Positions 57,773-64,000 of a stretch of DNA of 64,000 nucleotides are shown piece by piece. The notes beneath the pieces were generated by a model. The model did not search any database and had not been told where the DNA came from. It saw nothing but the letters and a program-made list of their open reading frames with translations. Source of the stretch: Isoptericola halotolerans (GTDB lineage: Bacteria; Actinomycetota; Actinomycetes; Actinomycetales; Cellulomonadaceae); NCBI RefSeq assembly GCF_013149785.1, contig NZ_JABEZU010000001.1, forward strand, positions 1,240,001 to 1,304,000, written 5' to 3'. The position numbers and the translations under genes are program-made. Each line of letters begins with the position of its first letter. Within the stretch, counting starts at the first letter, position 1.

Positions 57773-57811
57773 GGGTCCTCGCGCCGTGCTGCCGGCACGG
57801 TGCGAGGACCC
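57773..57811 (+). other. Intercistronic RNA stem-loop after the binding-protein gene
   Basis: 17-bp stem with one G-U pair and a 5-nt loop. Confidence 0.7.
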
Positions 57812-57836
57812 GCCCATCCACAGGAGGGACCACGGC

Positions 57837-58598
57837 ATGACCGACGTGCCGATCATCGAGCTGCAGGACGTCCGCAAGAGCTTCGGGCCGGTGAGCGTGC
57901 TGCAGGGCATCGACTTCCGTGCCTATCCCGGCAAGGTCACCGCCCTCGTGGGGGACAACGGGGCCGGCAAGTCGACGCTCATCAAGGGGCTCGCGGGCGT
58001 CCAGCCCTACGACAGCGGGACGGTGCTGTTCGACGGCGAGCCGGTCGAGCTGCAGAGCCCGCGTGACGCGGCCGCCCTGGGCATCGAGGTGGTCTACCAG
58101 GATCTCGCCCTGTGCGACAACCTCGACATCGTGCAGAACATGTTCCTGGGCCGTGAGGAGCTGAGCCGCGGAACCCTGGACGAGGGGGTGATGGAGCGGG
58201 ACGCCTCGGACGCCCTGCGGTCGCTGTCCGTGCGGACGATGACCTCGGTCCGGCAGAAGGTCGCCTCGCTGTCCGGCGGGCAGCGGCAGACCGTCGCCAT
58301 CGCCCGCGCCGTGCTGAAGAAGGCCCGCGTGGTGATCCTCGACGAGCCGACGGCGGCTCTGGGCGTCGCGCAGACGGCCCAGGTGCTCGCCCTGGTCGAG
58401 CGGCTGGCCCACCAGGGCGTGGCCGTCATCATCATCAGCCACAACCTCCAGGACGTCTTCGAGGTCGCCGACTACGTCGCCCCGCTGTACCTCGGCCACC
58501 TCGTGGCGGAGGTCCCGATCGGGGCGACCACGTACGACGACGTCGTCGGGTACATCACCGGCAGCAAGACCTTCCCGGGATCGGAGACCGTCGCATGA
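57837..58598 (+). CDS. Monosaccharide ABC ATP-binding protein (single NBD)
   Basis: GDNGAGKST, VYQDLAL, LSGGQRQ, LDEPTAALG; AGGAGG SD. Confidence 0.93.
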   Translation: MTDVPIIELQDVRKSFGPVSVLQGIDFRAYPGKVTALVGDNGAGKSTLIKGLAGVQPYDSGTVLFDGEPVELQSPRDAAALGIEVVYQDLALCDNLDIVQNMFLGREELSRGTLDEGVMERDASDALRSLSVRTMTSVRQKVASLSGGQRQTVAIARAVLKKARVVILDEPTAALGVAQTAQVLALVERLAHQGVAVIIISHNLQDVFEVADYVAPLYLGHLVAEVPIGATTYDDVVGYITGSKTFPGSETVA

Positions 58599-59863
58599 CC
58601 GACACCCGCACCACGCCGTCCGGACCGGACGCCGTGCTGATCTCCTCCGGCGTCGAGGGCGGCGTGCGCGACCAGGTCCGCGCCTGGTGGCACCGGGTGC
58701 GCGGCGGGGAGATGGGCGCCCTGCCGGCCTCTGCCGGCATCGTGGTGCTGACGGTCCTCTTCGCCTTCCTCAGCCCGTTCTTCCTCACCGAGCGGAACTT
58801 CGCGAACCTGCTCACCCAGGCCGCCACGCTCGTCATGCTCGCGATGGCGCTGACGTTCGTGCTGCTCCTGGGCGAGATCGACCTGTCCGCCGGCGTGACG
58901 TCGGGCATGACCATGGCGCTCTTCGTGGTCCTCAACAACGTCTTCGGCGTCGCGTGGCCGCTCGCGCTCCTCGCCGCCTTCGGGGCGGGCCTCGCCACCG
59001 GGCTGGTCATCGGGTTCTTCGTGGCGAAGGTCGGCATCCCGTCGTTCGTGGTGACGCTCGGGCTCTTCCTGGGCTACCAGGGACTGGCGCTGACGATCAT
59101 CGGCGACGGCGGTCTGTACCGGTTGCAGGTCCCCGAGATCCTCGCCATCCAGAATGCCAACCTGCCGGTGTGGGCCGGCTGGGTGATGCTCCTGGTGATC
59201 CTCGCCGTCGTGTCGGCGACCTCCGTGCTGGACCGTCGCCGTCGGACGCGGGCAGGCGTCCCCAACCGCACGATCACGCTGCTGTGGGCCAAGCTGGGAG
59301 TGGTGGTGGTGGTCGGTGGGGCGGTCGTGGGTGTGCTCAGCCAGAACCGCTCCGCCTCCCCGGCGAACGAGCTGGCCGGGGTGCCCGTCGTGGTGCCGAT
59401 CGTCCTGACGATCCTGTGGCTCGGCACCTTCCTCCTCGACCGGACCCGGTTCGGCCGGTACGTGTACTCGGTCGGTGGCAACGCCGAGGCCGCGCGCCGC
59501 GCCGGCATCAACGTGCGCCTGATCCGGTGGTCCGGCTTCATGCTCTGCTCCACGCTCGCCGTGGTGGCCGGGCTGTTCTCGATCAGCAAGGTCGGCTCGA
59601 TCGACGCCGCGGCGGGGCGCGAGATCGTCCTGTCCGGCGTGGCCGCGGCCGTCGTGGGCGGCGTGTCGCTCTTCGGCGGGCGCGGGCGGCTGCTCAACGC
59701 GGCGGTCGGCGCACTGGTCATCGCGATCATCACCAACGGGCTGGGCCTGCTCAACCTGCCGGCCGGCGTGAACTTCATGGTCACCGGCAGCGTGCTGGTC
59801 CTCGCCGCGACCGTCGACGCCGTGTCGCGCTCGCGGGCGTCGGGGATGGTGCGACGCAACTAG
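58595..59863 (+). CDS. Monosaccharide ABC permease (XylH-like)
   Basis: GEIDLS.G, IPSFVVTL, T.FGR.VY.VGGN.EAA..AGI, GGVSLFGGRG. Confidence 0.92.
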   Translation: MTDTRTTPSGPDAVLISSGVEGGVRDQVRAWWHRVRGGEMGALPASAGIVVLTVLFAFLSPFFLTERNFANLLTQAATLVMLAMALTFVLLLGEIDLSAGVTSGMTMALFVVLNNVFGVAWPLALLAAFGAGLATGLVIGFFVAKVGIPSFVVTLGLFLGYQGLALTIIGDGGLYRLQVPEILAIQNANLPVWAGWVMLLVILAVVSATSVLDRRRRTRAGVPNRTITLLWAKLGVVVVVGGAVVGVLSQNRSASPANELAGVPVVVPIVLTILWLGTFLLDRTRFGRYVYSVGGNAEAARRAGINVRLIRWSGFMLCSTLAVVAGLFSISKVGSIDAAAGREIVLSGVAAAVVGGVSLFGGRGRLLNAAVGALVIAIITNGLGLLNLPAGVNFMVTGSVLVLAATVDAVSRSRASGMVRRN

Positions 59864-59894
59864 GTCGCGCCCTACCATCCCGGTGACCAGGGCT

Positions 59895-60788
59895 TCAGTC
59901 CTGCGTGCGGGTGAGGTCGGCAACGGAGTCGCCCGGGGTGAACCCGGCGGCGAGATAGGTGGCGAGGGCGCCCGTGTTGGAGCTCTCGGCGACGACGGCT
60001 GCGGCCGACGCGCCGTGCTGCCGCAGCGCGTGCGCACCGGCGAGCGTGATGGCCGTGCCGTAACCGTGGCCTCGGTGGTCGCGGTGCACCCCCATCGGTT
60101 CGACGAGGCCGGGGCGCCCGTCCCCGGCCGTCCAGACGGTGGCGACGGCGACGGGCTGATCGGTGTCGTCGTACCCGACGAGGTGGTGGGCGAGGTCCGC
60201 GAACGGGCCTGTCGCCATCGTGGTCCACCGTCGAGCGACCCGCTGCCCGTCCTCGGCACTCGGCGTCGTGCCCCGGAACGCGGACCAGTGCACCGCCGTC
60301 CACCTCTCCGCCTCGGCGGGGCCGACCTCCTCGACCCGCAACGCTGCCTCGCGGGGACGAGCGGGGACGGGACCGGTCAGGTCGAGATGCAGCGGCGTCC
60401 AGGGTTCGTCCTCGTCCCAACCCTGGGCGCGGAGCCGCGCCCGCAGCGCGTGCATGCCGCGGGCCTCGACGGACACCGTCCCGGACCGAAGCACGCGACC
60501 ACTCGTGAGGTCGGCCGCGACCCGGCGCGCGAGACGGTCGTCGTCGAGGACGGAGGGCTTCATCGCCAGGCGGAGGAGGTCGTCGCCGTCGAGCATCCCG
60601 ATCGCCACGACTGATCCGTGGACCGACCAGCACCGCAGGTCCGCGGCCAACCTCTCCGCGCCGGCCGTCGAGTGCCACCCGAGGTCTCCGGGATGCAGGA
60701 ATCCCTTCCAGCCGGCGGTCTGCCACTCGCTCAGGGTCCGGGCGATCTCGGGGAGCTGAGCGACGGTCGGCGTCGTGAGGGTGGTCAT
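59895..60788 (-). CDS. GNAT family N-acetyltransferase
   Basis: LHPGDLGW, EPMGVH.DHRGHGYG, N.GA.ATY..AGF. Confidence 0.82.
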   Translation of the reverse strand: MTTLTTPTVAQLPEIARTLSEWQTAGWKGFLHPGDLGWHSTAGAERLAADLRCWSVHGSVVAIGMLDGDDLLRLAMKPSVLDDDRLARRVAADLTSGRVLRSGTVSVEARGMHALRARLRAQGWDEDEPWTPLHLDLTGPVPARPREAALRVEEVGPAEAERWTAVHWSAFRGTTPSAEDGQRVARRWTTMATGPFADLAHHLVGYDDTDQPVAVATVWTAGDGRPGLVEPMGVHRDHRGHGYGTAITLAGAHALRQHGASAAAVVAESSNTGALATYLAAGFTPGDSVADLTRTQD

Positions 60789-60813
60789 CCGGTGCGAGCG
60801 TACCCGTCCCGGC

Positions 60814-61395
60814 TCAGTCGTCCAGGCCGCGCGCCCGCAGCGCCTCACCGAGCGCGTCGGCCTGTCGCAGGGCGCCCACGACGAGGGGGACCGCGAACGC
60901 CCGGACGTCGCGCTCACGCCCTCGGGCCCGTTGGGCGTCGCGGACGCCCCCGGCGAGGGCCGCGAGGACAGGCACGGAGCGCACGGCCAGGGCGAGCACC
61001 AGGGCGGCCCGCTCCGCATCCACGCCCAGGCGCCGCCACGGGTGCAGCCCCCGCTCGAGGGCGTCCAGCAGGAGCGACGTCGGCGTCGTGAGCGTCACGA
61101 GCCCCGCCAGCGCGACGAGCGCGACGAGCCGGGTGGTGAGCACGGCCGCGGAGACCGGGCCGAGGGTGGCCCACTGGACCGCCACGACCACCGGCACGAA
61201 CCAGCGCAGCGGGCGCACCTGGGACCACAGCGCCCGCGGGCCCAGCCGGGCGACGGCGTACAGCGCCACCACACCGACGACGGCGGCGCCCACCCCCGTG
61301 GGTGTGCTCACGGCGAGCAGCGCGAGCGAGCAGGCGCACAGCCCCCACAGCTTGGCGCCGGCACCGAGACGGTGGAGCACGGAGGTGGTCGGCAC
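60814..61395 (-). CDS. ECF transporter T component (BioN-like)
   Basis: LHRL.AG.KL, TT, R..P, AQRARG, ALRARG. Confidence 0.85.
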   Translation of the reverse strand: MPTTSVLHRLGAGAKLWGLCACSLALLAVSTPTGVGAAVVGVVALYAVARLGPRALWSQVRPLRWFVPVVVAVQWATLGPVSAAVLTTRLVALVALAGLVTLTTPTSLLLDALERGLHPWRRLGVDAERAALVLALAVRSVPVLAALAGGVRDAQRARGRERDVRAFAVPLVVGALRQADALGEALRARGLDD

Positions 61396-61398
61396 GGC

Positions 61399-62082
61399 TC
61401 AGGCGCCCATGAGCCGGCGGTAGGCGGGCACGGCGACCGCCGGGACGTCGTCGACCACCACGCGGCCGCCGTCGACCACCAGGACGCGGTCGAAGCCCGT
61501 CACCAGCTCCAGGTCGTGGGTGACGAGCACGACGTGCTGGTCGAGGGCGGCGAGCCGTTCGGCGACGGCGCGGGTGTTGCGCAGGTCGAGCAGGGTGGTC
61601 GGTTCGTCGGCCACCACCAGCCGTGGGTCGGTGACGAGCACGCTCGTCAGGGCCAGGAGCTGCTTCTGACCGCCGGAGAGCAGGTGCGCGGGGTGGTCGG
61701 CGTGGCCGGCGAGGCCGTGCCGGTCGAGCTCGGCAGCCACCCGTGCAGCGACCTCGACCTTCGACAGCCCCGAGCGGCGCAGGGAGTAGGCGACGTCCTC
61801 GGCGACGGTCGGCATGATGATCTGCGCGTCGGGGTCGGTGAAGACGAAACCCACACGGCGCCGCACCTCGCGGCCACGCCGTCGGGTGTCGAGACCGTCG
61901 ACGCTCACACGTCCCGAGGACGGCAGCACCAGCCCGTTGAGCAGGCGTGCCAGCGTCGACTTGCCCGACCCGTTCGCACCGATCACGGCGACGCGCCGCT
62001 CGCGGAGGCGCAGCGACACGTCGTGCAGCACCTCGCGCTCGCCGTGGCGCACGTGCACGCCCTCCAGCACCACCTCGGTCAC
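61399..62082 (-). CDS. ECF transporter ATPase (BioM-like)
   Basis: GANGSGKST, F.DPD.QIIMPTV.EDV, LSGGQKQ, DEPTTLLD. Confidence 0.88.
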   Translation of the reverse strand: MTEVVLEGVHVRHGEREVLHDVSLRLRERRVAVIGANGSGKSTLARLLNGLVLPSSGRVSVDGLDTRRRGREVRRRVGFVFTDPDAQIIMPTVAEDVAYSLRRSGLSKVEVAARVAAELDRHGLAGHADHPAHLLSGGQKQLLALTSVLVTDPRLVVADEPTTLLDLRNTRAVAERLAALDQHVVLVTHDLELVTGFDRVLVVDGGRVVVDDVPAVAVPAYRRLMGA

Positions 62083-63179
62083 CGGACCACCTCGACCAGC
62101 AGCGCGACCCCGACGCCGCCGGCGGCTGCGGCCGTCGCGAGACCCAGGGTGCCCGCGGGCGCACCACCGGCGACCAGCCGGGCGAACAGCCGGACCACCG
62201 CGACGGCCCCGCTCGCGCCGAAGGGATGGCCCAGGCCCAGGGTGCCGCCGTCGGGGCTCCACCGCGGGTCGTCGCCCACCTCCAGGTCCTCGGTGACCGC
62301 GAGCGCCTGGGCGGCGAACGCCTCGACGAGCTCGACCGCCGCGACCTCGTCGAGAGCGACCCCGGCCCGGGAGCACGCGGCCCGGACCGCGGCCACCGGC
62401 GCGAGCATCGGCCACGCGGGGTCGGCCCCGCAGGTGGCGGTCGCGACGACCCGCAGGCCCGGCGACCCACCGCGAGCGCCGTCGTGCACCAGGACGACGG
62501 CGGCCGCGCCGTCACCCACCGGTGCGGCGGAGGCCGCGGTCACCGTCCCACGGGGCGCGAACGCCCCGGGGAGCCGGTCGAGCACACGCGTGTCCAGGGT
62601 CCGGGCATGCTCGTCCCGGTCCAGGGCGCCGACCGCGACGGTCTCGGCGGCGAACCGGCCGGCCGCGTGCGCCGCGAGGACCCGAGCGTGCGAGCGGACC
62701 GCCCAGCGGTGCTGGCGCTCGCGGTCGACGCCGCGGACCTGGGCGAGCCGCTCGGCCGCCGGTCCCAGGCCGGGGTCGGCCCACGGCGGCGGGGTGAACG
62801 ACGCAGGGGAGTAGGTCACGGGGCCGTGCGCCCGCACGGGCGCACGCGACCCGCTCTCCACGCCGCCGGCCAGCACGGTGCCCGCCTGCCCGGCGTCGAT
62901 CAGCGCGGCGCCCGTGACGATCGCGGCCAGGCCGGAGGCGCACTGCCGGTCCACGGTGACGCCCGGTGCGGTCAGCCCGGTGGCGAGGGCGGCTCGCCGG
63001 GCGACGTTGCCACCGTGGCCCGCGGCGTTGCCGAGCACGACGTCGTCGACGGTGTCGGCCCGGGCGTCCTGCCCGGCGGCGGCCAGGACGGCCGCGGCCA
63101 GCGTCGTCTCGTCTGTGGCCGCGTGGCCCCGGCCCGCGACGCCCACCCAGGTGCGCCGTGCGGCGACGATCACGCTCAC
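62079..63179 (-). CDS. Thiolase-family protein with non-canonical active site
   Basis: TVDRQCASG, AGGVES, DGAAA, VEAF, GHPFGASG; C-terminal Cys replaced (AAAAGG). Confidence 0.85.
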   Translation of the reverse strand: MSVIVAARRTWVGVAGRGHAATDETTLAAAVLAAAGQDARADTVDDVVLGNAAGHGGNVARRAALATGLTAPGVTVDRQCASGLAAIVTGAALIDAGQAGTVLAGGVESGSRAPVRAHGPVTYSPASFTPPPWADPGLGPAAERLAQVRGVDRERQHRWAVRSHARVLAAHAAGRFAAETVAVGALDRDEHARTLDTRVLDRLPGAFAPRGTVTAASAAPVGDGAAAVVLVHDGARGGSPGLRVVATATCGADPAWPMLAPVAAVRAACSRAGVALDEVAAVELVEAFAAQALAVTEDLEVGDDPRWSPDGGTLGLGHPFGASGAVAVVRLFARLVAGGAPAGTLGLATAAAAGGVGVALLVEVVR

Positions 63180-64000
63180 CGCAGCACCGTCAGGTCGCCC
63201 GCGTCAGCCGTCGGGTGGTTCCCGGCGAAGAAGGCCCCGAGCACGGCGCGGGCCGGCTTGCCGTCTCCCGTGCGCGGCAGGCCGTCCACCCGGTACCAGC
63301 GACGCGGCCGCTGGGCGGGGGCCAGGGTGGCGCGGGCGACGCGCTCCAGGTGCGCTCGCAGACCGGGGCGGTCGTCGGCCTCGACGACGGCGACGACGAC
63401 CGCGCCGAGCCGGCGGTGCGGGGCGCCGGCCACGACGACGTCGCGCACCCCGGGGACGGGGCGCAGCGCCGCCTCGACGTCCTCGGGCACCACGGTGGCG
63501 CCCGCCGTCAGGACGGCACCGTCGCCACGACCCCGGAGGGTCAGGGCCGGGGCGTCGCCCAGCACGCCCGGCAGCTCCGCGAGGTCACCCACGGTGGCCC
63601 ACGCACCGTCCCGCCGCAGGGGACCTCTGGCCCCGGCGAGATAGCCGAGGGAGACCCACGGCGAGCGCACCCAGACCTCGCCGAGGCTCGTGCCCGGCAG
63701 GGGGCGGACGGCGAGCTCGACCTCGGGGAACGCCCGCAGGCCGGTGCCGGTGTCCACGGCGACGAAGCTCAGCTCGACGGCGCCGTAGTAGGCCACGACC
63801 TCGATGCCGTGGGCCGCGGCACGCTCACGCTGGACCGGGTCGAGCCCGGCGCCGCCGACGACGGCGGTACGCAGCCGCGAGGGCGCCCCGCCGTCGAGGG
63901 CGTCGAGCACGTCGTCCAGGCGGGAGGGCACGAGGTGGACGACGTCGCCGGTGGCCAGCGCGGCGGTCGTCGCGGACGTCCCGGGGGCGAGGTGTGCGCA
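63176..64000 (-). CDS. AMP-binding acyl-CoA ligase (5' truncated by window edge)
   Basis: Frame open to base 64000; YYGAVELS, TVGD, GRGD, P.DVE, LPRT..GK. Confidence 0.85.
   Translation of the reverse strand, partial: CAHLAPGTSATTAALATGDVVHLVPSRLDDVLDALDGGAPSRLRTAVVGGAGLDPVQRERAAAHGIEVVAYYGAVELSFVAVDTGTGLRAFPEVELAVRPLPGTSLGEVWVRSPWVSLGYLAGARGPLRRDGAWATVGDLAELPGVLGDAPALTLRGRGDGAVLTAGATVVPEDVEAALRPVPGVRDVVVAGAPHRRLGAVVVAVVEADDRPGLRAHLERVARATLAPAQRPRRWYRVDGLPRTGDGKPARAVLGAFFAGNHPTADAGDLTVLR

Overview
Chromosomal window from a very high-GC actinobacterium. Gene content and order suggest Micrococcales; this is inference. No integrase, transposase, prophage, CRISPR array or rRNA was recognised. 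From left to right: (1) an amino-sugar region with a GH20 hexosaminidase, a D-aminoacylase-family deacylase, a fold-III PLP deaminase and RidA, followed by a ROK regulator, a sugar ABC transporter with two paralogous binding proteins, a ROK kinase and nagB; (2) DUF3039 and a helicase, then a CBM+GH62 arabinofuranosidase; (3) the conserved pncB/clpS/DUF2017/murI/MBL/rdgB/rph block, interrupted by a four-gene operon of unknown function; (4) a LytS/LytTR two-component system coupled to a sodium:solute symporter, divergent from a second symporter; (5) an ~18 kb purine catabolism cluster with GlnR-like boxes and a recurring candidate operator; (6) ABC-F, trxA, tRNA-Leu, bcp, an orphan GroES-like gene, two tRNA-Lys, trmB, a monosaccharide ABC transporter and an acyl-CoA ligase/thiolase/ECF operon. 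The strongest leads are a GroES-fold protein lacking the roof hairpin and ending in a proteasome-activator-like TGLYL tail, an ong-like oxidised-chitin pathway in an actinobacterium, a possible split transporter-kinase sensor, and the purine-cluster operator. All product calls come from reading motifs by eye; no database search was run.
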